Part shown: positions 28,621-38,616 of the stretch, piece after piece | How positions within the stretch are numbered: position 1 is the first letter of the stretch | Layout: each line of letters starts with the position of its first letter | Assembly: GCA_003597955.1 (NCBI GenBank) | Contig: QZJU01000021.1 | Coordinates: 44,880-108,879 of the forward strand | Reading direction: 5' to 3' | Origin: Candidatus Parcubacteria bacterium | GTDB lineage: Bacteria > Patescibacteriota > Patescibacteriia > PEXW01 | DNA: 64,000 bases | Notes under the pieces: model-generated | Seen by the model: only the letters and a program-made list of their open reading frames with translations | Told to the model about the DNA's origin: nothing | Database searches by the model: none | Translations under genes and position numbers: made by a program

Positions 28621-29602
28621 AAAATTTTTTGGTTTTTTTATTTTGTGTCTGGGCTTGTGGCTACTGCCTGGCCGAGCCTTAGCCCAAAGCGAGTCAGAGT
28701 TAAATTTAATATTTGGCGGCGATGTTATGCTTGGCCGGGCTGTCCGCGATCAAATTGCCAAACGCGGCGGAAATGACGGAGCCTGGGTTATGCAAAACCT
28801 GGCTCCGGAGTTCAAAGCTGCGAATTTTGCATTCGTAAATCTGGAATCGCCTTTTGCGCCAGGCGCAGCTTTGGGGTACAGCTTGATTTTCAGGGCTGAC
28901 CCAAAACATGTTTCCGCTTTAACTTCCGCCGGCATTGACGCCGTGTCTTTGGCCAATAATCACGCAAAAAATCAGGGCCGTTTGGGCTTGCAGACCAGCT
29001 TAAGCTTATTAACGCAAAAGGGGATTGGCGTAGCGGGCGCTGGTTTAACTTTAAAGTCAGGGTATAAACCCGCCCAAGTTCAAGTAAAAAAAACTAAGGT
29101 TTCAGTTTTAGCCTATACCTACAATGAACATTTGCCGCTCAAAAACAGCACGCCAACCGTGGCCGGCATGCTCACCTATGTTATGCAGGCGGAAGTAAAG
29201 AAAGCCAAAGCCAAAGGCGGTCTGGTGATTGTCTCCATGCACGCCGGCAATGAATATACTTTAAGAATAACCAATCAGCAGCGAAATTTTGCTCGTGCCG
29301 CTGTTGACGCTGGCGCGGATCTGGTAATCGGCCATCATCCGCATTGGGTCCAGCCCATTGAGATTTATAAAACCAAACCGATTTTTTATTCTTTGGGCAA
29401 TTTGGTATTTGATCAGCCGTGGTCTTTGGAAACTCAGCTGGGCTTGGTGGCCAAGGTAAAGTTAGTCGACGGCCAAATCAAGCAAATCAAATTATTGCCA
29501 ATCAAAATTGACCTGGCGGCAAAGCCCAGATGGATGAACGAAGTTGAGGCGAGAAAAGTTTTAAATCGGATTGATCGGCCAAGCGGGGTAATTAATTTTT
29601 AA
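28613..29602 (+). CDS. CapA/PgsA-family metallophosphatase-like protein (poly-gamma-glutamate synthesis family).
   Basis: Signal peptide. The GGDVMLGR...NLESP...ANNH motifs are typical of CapA. Confidence 0.65.
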   Translation: MFKKFFGFFILCLGLWLLPGRALAQSESELNLIFGGDVMLGRAVRDQIAKRGGNDGAWVMQNLAPEFKAANFAFVNLESPFAPGAALGYSLIFRADPKHVSALTSAGIDAVSLANNHAKNQGRLGLQTSLSLLTQKGIGVAGAGLTLKSGYKPAQVQVKKTKVSVLAYTYNEHLPLKNSTPTVAGMLTYVMQAEVKKAKAKGGLVIVSMHAGNEYTLRITNQQRNFARAAVDAGADLVIGHHPHWVQPIEIYKTKPIFYSLGNLVFDQPWSLETQLGLVAKVKLVDGQIKQIKLLPIKIDLAAKPRWMNEVEARKVLNRIDRPSGVINF

Positions 29603-29607
29603 AAAAT

Positions 29608-30699
29608 TTATACGCCCACTCGAAAATGGGCCACATCCCCAGGCCGCATAACATAGTCCCGGCCTTCAATGCGCAGTAAACCCTTTTCTTTGCACCCGGC
29701 CTCACCGTATTTTATGAAATCCTGGCAATCGATAATTTCCGCCCGGATGAAATTTTTTTCAAAGTCGCTGTGGATCACGCCTGCGGCTTGGGGTGCGGTC
29801 ATGCCTTGTTTAATGGTCCAAGCCTTGGATTCCATCTCACCCGAAGTATAAAAAGTCTGCAAACCCAGGATAGTAAATGCTTGGTGGATGAGCCGGTGCA
29901 AGCCCGGTTCTTTGAGGCCAAGGCTTTGCATATAGGTCAAACCTTCTTCGTCGGAAAGCTCGGCCAGCTCGGCTTCAATCTTTGCTGAAATTACAACAAA
30001 GTCTTTGGCCGGCTGGTTAAGCGACTTTGCCAATTCGGTTTGGATTTGCTCGGCTTTAGCGATTTCGGATTCGGCCACATTCGCCACATAAATAACCGGC
30101 TTGCCAGTCAGTAAATTCATTTCTTTAATCAGTTTTGCCGGTTCTTCCAAATCCAGCAAAGTCAAAAGATTTTTGCCCTGGGCCAGCTGGGATTCGATAT
30201 CGGCCAAAATCGGCAATTGCGCCAAAGCCGCCTTGTCGCCGGACTTGGCTTTACCGCTCAAATTCTCAATTCTTTTTTTCACCACTTCCAAATCAGCCAA
30301 GGCCAGCTCGGCCTCGATAATTTCCACATCCGCCTTGGGATCCACCCGATTTTCCACATGAATGACTTTGGTGTCCACAAAAACCCTGACCACATGAGCA
30401 ATGGCCGCCACATCGCGGATGTTAGCCAAGAATTTGTTGCCTAAGCCTTCGCCCTGGTGTGCGTTTTTAACTAAGCCGGCGATATCCACGAATTCCACGA
30501 TTGCCGGCACGATTTTTTTTGCTTGGCTGACTTTGGCTAATTTAGGCAGGATCGAGTCCGGCACTTCCACCACGCCGACATTGGGATCGATGGTGGTAAA
30601 AGGGTAATTTTCCGCAGGGACGGCTTTTTTGGTGAGCGCCCGAAAGAGCGTGGATTTGCCCACGTTAGGCAGGCCGATAATGCCGATTTTTAGAGACAT
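29608..30699 (-). CDS. ychF: Ribosome-binding ATPase YchF (Obg-like).
   Basis: [14 protein letters not shown], a TGS domain, and the C-terminal YchF-specific region. Confidence 0.92.
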   Translation of the reverse strand: MSLKIGIIGLPNVGKSTLFRALTKKAVPAENYPFTTIDPNVGVVEVPDSILPKLAKVSQAKKIVPAIVEFVDIAGLVKNAHQGEGLGNKFLANIRDVAAIAHVVRVFVDTKVIHVENRVDPKADVEIIEAELALADLEVVKKRIENLSGKAKSGDKAALAQLPILADIESQLAQGKNLLTLLDLEEPAKLIKEMNLLTGKPVIYVANVAESEIAKAEQIQTELAKSLNQPAKDFVVISAKIEAELAELSDEEGLTYMQSLGLKEPGLHRLIHQAFTILGLQTFYTSGEMESKAWTIKQGMTAPQAAGVIHSDFEKNFIRAEIIDCQDFIKYGEAGCKEKGLLRIEGRDYVMRPGDVAHFRVGV

Positions 30700-30753
30700 A
30701 TTTCAAAAGTTAACAGACTTTCGCGAAAACTCAAAGTCAGGTTATAATTTAAG

Positions 30754-31483
30754 TATGTTAGAGCCAAATCAAAACCCTGGAAATTTTTCAGCCGGCCAAA
30801 TTCCGCCTTGGAAAAATCCAAATAGACCGGAAAACCAACCAACCCAGAATCCGCCCGGGGAATCGAATTTGCCGTCTCGAAGCGATCAAACTCCAGCTGC
30901 CCCGCGCTATCCCGGTCCGGTGCCGGCCGCGCCAACGCGGCCTAACCCGAACTTTCACGAGGTCCAAACTCCGCCGGGTGTTGAAAAAGATTGGGGACCT
31001 TTGCGGCCGATCCGGAAATTGCCCAAACCCAGCCAGGAAAAAGTGACTTATGTCTTAACCAAAGCCCAACGCGTGGACATCCCCGGAGAGGCCTCAAGCC
31101 GTCGCCGTTGGACCATCGCCGGGTCGATTATCGCGATCTTAGTGATTGGCGGAGGCACCACGGCGTTTATTTTTTTCGGCCGGCAAGAACAAGGCGTAGT
31201 GGTCAGTAATCAGCCTATAATTTTCAGTAATACGAACACCAACACAAACGCCAATACCAATTCCACGGAAAATGTTTTTCCTTTGGCTAATGCTAATACG
31301 AACCAGGCGAACATCAATATAAATTTGGATTCCGATGCAGACGGTTTAACCGACGCTCAAGAAAAAATTTACAGTACTAACGCAAATAATCCCGACACCG
31401 ACGGTGATGGTTTCTTGGACGGGGCTGAAGTAAGCGGCGGTTATGATCCGCTCAAAGGTGGCGGCGCAAAATTAGCCAAGTAA
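30754..31483 (+). CDS. Pro-rich membrane-anchored hypothetical protein with NTNTN repeats and DxDxDG-type repeats.
   Basis: The start is placed at MLEPNQ to avoid overlap with ychF. One TM segment (IAGSIIAILVIGG). Thrombospondin-type-3-like DSDADGLTD / DTDGDGFLD motifs. Confidence 0.45.
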
Positions 31484-32002
31484 TTTTTTCAAGTCGCGCA
31501 AAGCTCGCCGGTTGTTCGCAAAGGCGATTTTCTTTGGCAACTCATTTAATTTAAACCAAGCGCAAGCCGAAATATCGTCAGCCGGTTTTAACTGTCCGAA
31601 CCAATTTTTTATTAAAAAATACAGATTAAAAGTTGATTGGGGGAGATCGCTGAAGTATTCACCCAAATATATGCCCAAAAACCTTGGTTGGCGGATTTGT
31701 ATACCCAGTTCCTCCCGCAATTCTCTGGCCAAACCCTTTTCCGCAGATTCGTGAAAATCCAAAAATCCGCCAGGCGCATCCCAATAGCCTTTTAAAGGCT
31801 TAACCCGCCTTTTGACCAATAAAACTTGGCGGCCTTTGCTTAAAAAACACGAGGCCGTAGGCTTGGAATTCTGCCAAAAAATAAATTGGCAATTTCGGCA
31901 GAACAGCTCGGCTCGGCCGTGGATTTTCTTAAAAACGAATTTTTTGCCGCAACGCGGGCAAAATTTAAAATGGCTTTGGATTTTTTGTTTAAAGTTTGGC
32001 AT
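31472..32002 (-). CDS. NUDIX hydrolase with an N-terminal zinc ribbon.
   Basis: CPRCG...CRNC zinc ribbon and Nudix box GGFLDFHESAEKGLARELREELGI. Confidence 0.75.
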   Translation of the reverse strand: MPNFKQKIQSHFKFCPRCGKKFVFKKIHGRAELFCRNCQFIFWQNSKPTASCFLSKGRQVLLVKRRVKPLKGYWDAPGGFLDFHESAEKGLARELREELGIQIRQPRFLGIYLGEYFSDLPQSTFNLYFLIKNWFGQLKPADDISACAWFKLNELPKKIAFANNRRALRDLKKLLG

Positions 32003-32825
32003 TTTTTTCGTATAAAGCAAGCACTCGCTGCATAAGCATGGCTACGGTCATGGGGCCGACGCCCCCCGGCACGGGCGTGAGCCAACCCGGCAGATTTTTT
32101 ACTGATGCCGAGTCGACATCGCCGACTACTTTGCCATCAACCCGATTAAACCCTACGTCAATAACAATAACTCCAGGGGCAAGATGCTCGGCTTTTAAGA
32201 AATTCGCTTGGCCAATGGCTATGACCACAACCTTGGCCGCCTTGGTCAAGGTTTGGAAATTTTGAAACGGGGGATAAAGCGGAATTACATCCAAACCTTG
32301 GCGCGCAAGCATGATTGACATGGGTTCGCCAAAAGCGGTGCTGTTGGCCAGGATTGCGGCCTTGGCTAGGTTTAAATTTTGATCCGCGCTTTGGATTAAC
32401 CGCCAGACGCCCTGGCAGAGCGCCGGGGCGAGCACATTGGGATCAGAGCGGAAGTTTTTTAGACTTTCAAACTGAAAACCGTCAGCGTCTTTTTTTGGTC
32501 CAATCGCGGAGATAATCTGATCAGCGCTTAAAGGCCTTGGCAGTGGCAGCTGAACCAAGACCCCGTGAATTTGCGGGTTTTGATTTAAAGCCCGGATGCG
32601 GTTAATAATATCCGCCTGGCTGGTATTTTCCGGAAAGACAAATCTCTCAAAATGCATGCCGATTTCTTGGGCGGCTTGAGCCTTAAGCCGGACATAAGTG
32701 TGGGAGGCCTGGTCTTTGCCGACCAAAATAATTGCTAAACCCGGCTTAATTTTAAAACCCGCGATTTTTTGTTTTAAATCTTGGCGGATTTGGAGCGCGA
32801 GTTTTCGGCTATCGAGGAGCTGCAT
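31989..32825 (-). CDS. folD: Bifunctional methylenetetrahydrofolate dehydrogenase/cyclohydrolase.
   Basis: FolD N-terminal and NAD(P)-binding domains (GVLVQLPLP...). Confidence 0.9.
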   Translation of the reverse strand: MQLLDSRKLALQIRQDLKQKIAGFKIKPGLAIILVGKDQASHTYVRLKAQAAQEIGMHFERFVFPENTSQADIINRIRALNQNPQIHGVLVQLPLPRPLSADQIISAIGPKKDADGFQFESLKNFRSDPNVLAPALCQGVWRLIQSADQNLNLAKAAILANSTAFGEPMSIMLARQGLDVIPLYPPFQNFQTLTKAAKVVVIAIGQANFLKAEHLAPGVIVIDVGFNRVDGKVVGDVDSASVKNLPGWLTPVPGGVGPMTVAMLMQRVLALYEKNAKL

Positions 32826-32829
32826 TTTT

Positions 32830-34161
32830 TTAAAGATTTGAACGCTTAGATAAGATCAACCTTTCCGAATACCAATTCTGTCTTAGCTCGCCGGCCAAAT
32901 ACAAAGAACCGGTTATGAGAATGGGCAAGTGATTAGGTGGCCGCAAAAGGTTTTGCAAGGCTCGGCGGCAATTTGGCCAGACCGTGAATTTTTCTTTAGG
33001 CAGGGTTTGGCGGAAAATTCGGCCCAGATTTTTGGCGGGCAGGGGTTTTGGGTAGGGCAGGCTGGCTTGGGTGATTAACCACCGCGCCACCACGGGTCGT
33101 AAGGTTTTTAGAATGGTCTTTGCGGCTTTTTTCTCACCAATGCCCAGCAGGCAGTTAACCTGATTATAGCCCAGAGTTTTTAAGGTTTCTACTAAGGCTC
33201 GGATTTTATCCGGATTGTGCGCGCCATCCAGAATGACCAGCGGAGAATCAGGCCGGATTTCAATTCGGGCTGGCAAAAAGGTTTTTTGCAAACCAGCTTT
33301 AATGGCGGCACGGGAAATTTTTAATTCCTCGGCAACCGCAATGGCCAGATTGGCGTTGTTTTGTTGATGCGGGCCGAGCATTTTTTGGCGGATTCGGCTG
33401 AGTCGAGGATGTTGCCAGGCCATCCAACCGGTCTGGTAAGTAATATTGGCTTTTGGCCGGGGGATAAAAACTCTTGGAATCCGCAAGTGTTTGGCTTGGT
33501 CAAAAATAATTTTTTGAATCCTTGGACTTGTCTCGCCGGTGAATAACTTGGTGCCAGGTTTCAAAATTCCGGCCTTGTTTCGGGCGATCCGCGCCCGGGT
33601 TCGACCCAAAAGCTGCTGGTGATCCAAGCCGACATTGGTAATGACGGCAATTTTCGGCGCTGGAATGACATTGGTCGGGTCGAATTTTCCGCCGCAGCCG
33701 ACTTCAATGACAGCCCATTCAATTTTGTGTTTTTTAAAAATCAGCAAACTCATGGCAAACAGCGTTTCAAAGTGCGACGGAATGAATTTTTTGTTGAATT
33801 TCTTGGTTTGGTTAAGGTAGGGCCGGGCTTTCTCAAATGCCCACAGGAAATCTGCGACTGAAACTAGCTGGCCATTAACCATGATTCTTTCGGTGGTGGT
33901 TACGACATGCGGGGAAAAGTACGAGCCCACTTTTTTGCCCGCCGCCTTCAAGATGTTATGCAAGTACAGAACCACGGAACCCTTGCCCGAGGTGCCAGTG
34001 ACGTGGATGTATTTTAAGAGTTTTTCGGGATTGCCCAAAGCATCCAGGAGTTTTTGCGTGCGCGCCAGAGAAAGTTGGGGATTTTCGCGACGCGTGGCAA
34101 AAACTTGGGCCGGCAAAGCTTCCAAGATTTTTTGGACTTTTTTGTAGGCCGAATAACGCAT
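32830..34161 (-). CDS. folC: Folylpolyglutamate synthase / dihydrofolate synthase.
   Basis: Mur-ligase-family P-loop HVTGTSGKGS. The start is placed at MRYSAYKK to avoid overlapping the upstream gene. Confidence 0.75.
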   Translation of the reverse strand: MRYSAYKKVQKILEALPAQVFATRRENPQLSLARTQKLLDALGNPEKLLKYIHVTGTSGKGSVVLYLHNILKAAGKKVGSYFSPHVVTTTERIMVNGQLVSVADFLWAFEKARPYLNQTKKFNKKFIPSHFETLFAMSLLIFKKHKIEWAVIEVGCGGKFDPTNVIPAPKIAVITNVGLDHQQLLGRTRARIARNKAGILKPGTKLFTGETSPRIQKIIFDQAKHLRIPRVFIPRPKANITYQTGWMAWQHPRLSRIRQKMLGPHQQNNANLAIAVAEELKISRAAIKAGLQKTFLPARIEIRPDSPLVILDGAHNPDKIRALVETLKTLGYNQVNCLLGIGEKKAAKTILKTLRPVVARWLITQASLPYPKPLPAKNLGRIFRQTLPKEKFTVWPNCRRALQNLLRPPNHLPILITGSLYLAGELRQNWYSERLILSKRSNL

Positions 34162-34205
34162 AAATTTCACTTTAATGGTTTTATCGGAAAAATTAAAGCC
34201 GTTTG

Positions 34206-34892
34206 CTATTGCAAACGGCTGGAAGTTTTGACTTGACTGCGGATGACGCATTCAAGTTCGGCGGGTGAGTTTAAATACCAAAGCTCCTTTGGTAACTGGA
34301 CCACGGCAACATTCTCAGGGCGGGCATGAATGCGTCGGTAAGCCACTACGCCGGCCTTAGTGGTTTCTAAACAATTTTTGACAACCCGTTGGGTTTGGCT
34401 GGTAGTATGTACATATTCATGCGGGTTCAGCATAAAGCCAACATGGCCGACTCCCGGAGGGTATTTGGGGTGCGCCCAAGGGCTTTTGCCCTTGAAAAAA
34501 ATCAAATCGCCGGTGCTTAGGTTGGCAGCTTTAATTTCTTGTCCGCAATCCGCCTGCAAAACCGTGTAACGAGGTAGCCAAATTCCGGCGCAGGCAAAAA
34601 TAGTTTTTACCAAACCGGCGCAGTCCAAAGTCTTTGGGGGGTATGCTAGCTCGGCTCGCAGTTCGTAAGGAACGCCAATGAAGCTTTCTGCCAACTCAAC
34701 CAGATTCCAGACGATTAAGCGGCAATACAAATCGGTTAAAATTTCCTCGAGTCTTTTTTGCGAAAGATTGAGGTTTTGGCAGGCCCGAAACGGGTCAAAT
34801 GCTAAAAAGCCAAAAGTCGGATGCATATTCTCCCTTTCAATGAGCAAGGTTTTGTATTGTGAGCACTTTAACACATACATAAAAAACCACAA
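34206..34892 (-). CDS. NlpC/P60 family (C40) peptidase.
   Basis: Catalytic Cys in LDCAGLV and His in GHVGFM. Confidence 0.7.
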   Translation of the reverse strand: MWFFMYVLKCSQYKTLLIERENMHPTFGFLAFDPFRACQNLNLSQKRLEEILTDLYCRLIVWNLVELAESFIGVPYELRAELAYPPKTLDCAGLVKTIFACAGIWLPRYTVLQADCGQEIKAANLSTGDLIFFKGKSPWAHPKYPPGVGHVGFMLNPHEYVHTTSQTQRVVKNCLETTKAGVVAYRRIHARPENVAVVQLPKELWYLNSPAELECVIRSQVKTSSRLQ

Positions 34893-34944
34893 CTGCGGTG
34901 GGGCAGTTAAAGTTTTTAGTTTTTTTGGGAAAGTAGTTTACGAA

Positions 34945-35502
34945 TTAAAGCAGCGCTTGCCAGCCTTTGGTTCTGACTAAATAGGCTGCTTTAGCCACCA
35001 GATAAGCCAAAAAAGGATCGTCTAGTTTGCCGGTTAGAGCAAGCTGTTCCGCTTTTTTAAGTGAGGTAGGAACAGGCCGAATATCTTCACCCGGATCGCC
35101 CGGAAGACGTGAAGGAATCAACCCACTGGCAATAAAGCCGAAGAGCGGCCAAGCGAAATGTTGGGGAGTTTGGTGAAATAGCCAAAGTTTTTTAGCTTTA
35201 AAACCCGCTTCTTCCCGGAGTTCTTTTTGTGCCGCGGCTTTGGCGGTGTGCCCTTTTTCAATTTTCCCGACAGGCAAATGCCAGACAAAACCCCGGCGCA
35301 TTTCTTTGTATTCCCGCGTCAGTATTAACCGGCGTTTGGCATCAAAAGCCAAAATCACAACCGTGGGTACGCGATGAACATATTCGAAAGTCATCTTTCG
35401 GCCGTCGGGCAGATGCGCCGGTACTTCTGTGATAGTGTAAATCCGGCCGTGGTATGCAATTCGGGGCTTGCCCAAGATTGTGTGTTTTCTTTTCATACCC
35501 AT
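34945..35502 (-). CDS. NUDIX hydrolase.
   Basis: Nudix box GKIEKGHTAKAAAQKELREEAGF. TACGAAT repeats abut the start codon. Confidence 0.8.
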   Translation of the reverse strand: MGMKRKHTILGKPRIAYHGRIYTITEVPAHLPDGRKMTFEYVHRVPTVVILAFDAKRRLILTREYKEMRRGFVWHLPVGKIEKGHTAKAAAQKELREEAGFKAKKLWLFHQTPQHFAWPLFGFIASGLIPSRLPGDPGEDIRPVPTSLKKAEQLALTGKLDDPFLAYLVAKAAYLVRTKGWQALL

Positions 35503-35545
35503 ACGAATTACGAATATAGTCTACGAAATACGAATAAGGGAATAG
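35501..35545. promoter_or_regulatory. TACGAAT tandem-repeat cluster (four units) plus an ATAAGGGAATA element.
   Basis: ATACGAATTACGAATATAGTCTACGAAATACGAATAAGGGAATAG lies immediately upstream of the NUDIX ATG. Confidence 0.5.
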
Positions 35546-35603
35546 AAACTTCAGTCTCTATAACTAATGCAAGTTGTGTAAATAAACGAATTGACAGAGT
35601 GCG

Positions 35604-36896
35604 TTAATTAGAGGATTTGTAAAAAAGCGGATGTGTCTTGGTTAAGCTCCTGACTCTTTCTTTAACTTCAATGTGCGTGGCAGAATCATTTGGATTTTTT
35701 AAAACTCTGGCGATCAACAAGCCGATTTCGCGCATTGCATCGGTTTTAAACCCTCGGGTGGTTAGGGCTGGCGTGCCCAGCCTAATGCCCGAAGGATCCA
35801 AGGGCTTTCTGCGATCAAAGGGAATCAGGTTTTTGTTTACGGTAATGCCGACCGAATCCAGGAGCGTTTCCGCCTGCTTGCCGGATAAGCCAAGATTTGT
35901 CAGATCAATTAGTAATAAATGGTTATCAGTTCCACCAGTGATTAGATCCAAGCCCTGTGCGCTCAAGGTTTCTGACAAAGCTTTGGCATTTAGTACGATT
36001 TGACGGCCGTAAATTTTAAATTCCGGAGCGTCGGCTTCTTTTAGGGCAACCGCAATGGCCGCGGTTTGGTGGTTATGCGGTCCACCCTGCAGACCGGGAA
36101 TGATCGCGGCGTCAATCAACTCGGCTAGATTCCGTTTTGAAGTTGGATGATACAGATCATGGAAGCGGTCTTCGACTTTGGGCAGTAAAATTATGGCGCC
36201 GCGCGGTCCGCGCAGGGTTTTATGCGTGGTGGTCATCACTATATCCGCGTAAGGCACGGGCGAAGGGTGCTCGCCGGCTATGATTAAGCCCGTGATGTGT
36301 GAAATATCAGCCAGCAAATAGGCATTTACTTCATCGGCGATTTCACGGAATTTTTGGAAATCAATTATTCGCGGATAAGCCGACGCCCCGCAAATCAGCA
36401 TTTTAGGCTTTTCCGCAAGCGCGATTTTTCGAATCTCTTCATAGTTGAGCAAATGCGTTTTGGAATCGACCCCGTAAGTCGCCGCTTGGTAGAATTTTCC
36501 GGAAAAATTCAGCTTATAACCGTGGGTCAAATGCCCGCCCATGGTCAAACTTTGGCCCAGTACTTTGTCGCCCGGATTGAGCAAAGCGAAATAGATGGCT
36601 AAATTCGCCGGGGAACCGGAGTAAGGCTGGACATTAGCGTGCGCCACTTGGAAAAGCGCTTTCGCCCTTTCCCGGGCCAGATTTTCCACCTGGTCGATAA
36701 ATTCGTTGCCACCATAATAGCGTGCGCCTGGATAGCCTTCGGAATATTTATTAGTTAAAACCGAACCTAAAGCTTCCAGGACCGCGGGGCTGGTAAAATT
36801 TTCCGAGGGGATCATTTCCAGACCCTCTTGTTGGCGATGTTTTTCCGCCTGGATCAGTTCGTAAATTTCCGAATCAGACTCTTTGAGTTTGGACAT
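35604..36896 (-). CDS. glyA: Serine hydroxymethyltransferase.
   Basis: Full-length SHMT with the PLP-binding TTTHKTLRGPRG region. Confidence 0.95.
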   Translation of the reverse strand: MSKLKESDSEIYELIQAEKHRQQEGLEMIPSENFTSPAVLEALGSVLTNKYSEGYPGARYYGGNEFIDQVENLARERAKALFQVAHANVQPYSGSPANLAIYFALLNPGDKVLGQSLTMGGHLTHGYKLNFSGKFYQAATYGVDSKTHLLNYEEIRKIALAEKPKMLICGASAYPRIIDFQKFREIADEVNAYLLADISHITGLIIAGEHPSPVPYADIVMTTTHKTLRGPRGAIILLPKVEDRFHDLYHPTSKRNLAELIDAAIIPGLQGGPHNHQTAAIAVALKEADAPEFKIYGRQIVLNAKALSETLSAQGLDLITGGTDNHLLLIDLTNLGLSGKQAETLLDSVGITVNKNLIPFDRRKPLDPSGIRLGTPALTTRGFKTDAMREIGLLIARVLKNPNDSATHIEVKERVRSLTKTHPLFYKSSN

Positions 36897-36924
36897 GCAG
36901 TTAATTTACGGCTTTCTTAGAGCC

Positions 36925-36953
36925 TTGACAAGTTCGGAAATTTCTGTTAAGTT
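36925..36953 (+). promoter_or_regulatory. Candidate sigma-70-type promoter for the 37032 gene.
   Basis: TTGACA, 17-nt spacer, TAAGTT. An AAGGAGGA ribosome-binding site sits before the ATG. Confidence 0.45.
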
Positions 36954-37031
36954 TTCGAGTCAGATTAAAAAAGACATTGGAAATTGAAAAAATGGACTTT
37001 TTGCTTTACACCCTTTGCTTAAGGAGGAGAC

Positions 37032-37520
37032 ATGCCCTTATTCAGGAAGTATATCGGGGCAGATCCTAGCGGTCTACTGAAAGACCATCAAAATTCGATT
37101 TTGACTTCCCCGGAGAAAAAGGATTTCCCAGTCAAAATCGATTACGACGCCGAGTTGGCGTCTTTCGGCCCGTACAGATGGCTTTCGTGGCCAATGAATC
37201 ATGGCTTGGGTTTGGTTTTCGGATCACCCGAAGCTACGATTCGGCTGGTTCGGTTTAACGGCTATTTTTCCACAAAACAGATTAAAACCCAGCTTAAGGA
37301 GATTGGCCAGCCTGCGAATCTTTTTGAAATTGCCGCGCTCAAAGGCCTGGCCGTGCCTCTGCCAGTTGTCGGTCTGGGTACGGAAATCACTGACCCAGCC
37401 GGCCAGATTTGGTACCCGCGTTTATACAGAAGCGGATCCAAGGTTTACCTGGGCATTGAAGCCGTACAGCCCGGTAAGCAGTGGCACGACGGCATGTGGT
37501 TTGCCATAATGCCTTTTTAA
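37032..37520 (+). CDS. Hypothetical protein.
   Basis: ORF with a strong ribosome-binding site and an upstream promoter-like element. Confidence 0.5.
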   Translation: MPLFRKYIGADPSGLLKDHQNSILTSPEKKDFPVKIDYDAELASFGPYRWLSWPMNHGLGLVFGSPEATIRLVRFNGYFSTKQIKTQLKEIGQPANLFEIAALKGLAVPLPVVGLGTEITDPAGQIWYPRLYRSGSKVYLGIEAVQPGKQWHDGMWFAIMPF

Positions 37521-37574
37521 GAAGACCGCCGTTTTTTTAAGCCTCGAATTTAATGGTTCGGGGCTTTTATTATT

Positions 37575-37606
37575 AAAAAACGTCTTTCCAATTAGAAAGA
37601 CGTTTT
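37575..37606. terminator. Bidirectional terminator with a perfect 12-bp stem.
   Basis: AAAACGTCTTTC-caatta-GAAAGACGTTTT. A second, weaker hairpin precedes it at 37543-37574. Confidence 0.6.
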
Positions 37607-38357
37607 AATGAACGGCCTGGCGGTTAGTCGCCAAAGCTTGCAAAGCCATGATGGAGCTGATGATTTTTTTGTTGATGGCCAGAATTCTTTTTTTCATTTC
37701 CGGATTTTGCATTTCTTGAGAGAAATTAATTGCCGGGCCGAAAATTACCAAAGGTTTTCGAAAAAAATTTCTGGGCAGCCAACGCCAAGTCCCGTGGGTT
37801 TTGGGCCCGCCGCGGGAAAAAATCCGCTCGATGCCCTGGTGAAATACCGGAATAACTGTGATTTTTTCCGCCGCACTGGCAATTAGGTAGCCGGGCCCGT
37901 TTTTAATTAAATTCAGATCATAGCTTCGGGTGCCCTGGTAAAAAATCAGCAAGTTGTTGTTCTCAATCAAGTCCTTATAGCGCCTTAAGAGCTTAGGGTC
38001 TTTGCGGCTTTCCACCGGCACAGTTCTTAAAAGTTTCAAAAACAACTTAATGTACCAGGTCGTGAAGTAATTTTTTTTGTCCGCGAAATTCAGAGGCGGC
38101 CGGCCGGGTCGCGTGAAAATTGAAGGAAAAGAAGCGCTGACTCCAATTAAAAAAGAATCAAACATACTTATGTGATTGCAAACGAATAAGACTCTCCGGC
38201 CTTTTTTGGGAATGTTTTCGCGTCCGAAGACCCGGGTAAAATTCAGGGGAAAACGGAAGAAGCAGAATCCCAAAAGGCTGGTTAGCACCAAGGCCAGATA
38301 TGAAAGCCATAAGCCTGGTCGAGCTTTTAACCACTTGAAAATGCGAGAGATTTTCAA
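37605..38357 (-). CDS. Lysophospholipid (1-acylglycerol-3-phosphate) acyltransferase, PlsC-like.
   Basis: HX4D motif (NHISMFD) and FYQGTRS motif. Confidence 0.65.
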   Translation of the reverse strand: MKISRIFKWLKARPGLWLSYLALVLTSLLGFCFFRFPLNFTRVFGRENIPKKGRRVLFVCNHISMFDSFLIGVSASFPSIFTRPGRPPLNFADKKNYFTTWYIKLFLKLLRTVPVESRKDPKLLRRYKDLIENNNLLIFYQGTRSYDLNLIKNGPGYLIASAAEKITVIPVFHQGIERIFSRGGPKTHGTWRWLPRNFFRKPLVIFGPAINFSQEMQNPEMKKRILAINKKIISSIMALQALATNRQAVH

Positions 38358-38425
38358 AGAGCCTCCTTGTTTTTATTTGTTGGTCCTACTTTAACAAATT
38401 AATTCTTTTTTGCAAGTTTTATCCG

Positions 38426-38497
38426 CGCACCATCCCGCCTGCGGCGGCGGGGGTGCGGGATTTCCCGCCTCCTCCCGCGGCCGCAGGAGGAGGCGGG
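38426..38497. repeat. Nested GC-rich palindromes (REP-like or candidate ncRNA).
   Basis: CGCACC[CCCGCC-tgcggc-GGCGGG]GGTGCG, then GCGGG-attt-CCCGC, then the 12-bp stem CCCGCCTCCTCC-cgcggccgca-GGAGGAGGCGGG. Confidence 0.45.
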
Positions 38498-38554
38498 CAG
38501 GCGCTCCGCACCGTATCCTTTCAGATACCGCTAGGTCCTACTGGCGGAGCTTCA

Positions 38555-38597
38555 TTTAAAAAACCAAACCCCCGCCCGTATGGGCGGGGGTTTTCTT
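38555..38597 (-). terminator. Intrinsic terminator of the giant protein gene.
   Basis: CCCCCGCCC-gtat-GGGCGGGGG stem. On the - strand it is followed by TTTGGTTTTTT. Confidence 0.6.
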
Positions 38598-38616
38598 AAG
38601 GCTTTCGAAATAAAAC

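Noticed and set aside
30629-30753. The N-terminal 41 codons of the 30629-31483 ORF
   Set aside because: They overlap the ychF start on the opposite strand. The plausible start is MLEPNQ at 30754.
38426-38520. SRP (4.5S) RNA
   Set aside because: The purine-rich GGAGGAGGCGGGCAGG stretch loosely resembles the SRP domain IV strand. However the apical loop is GGCC rather than a GNRA tetraloop, and the conserved AGGUCAGG / CCGGAAGGAAGCAGC motifs are absent.
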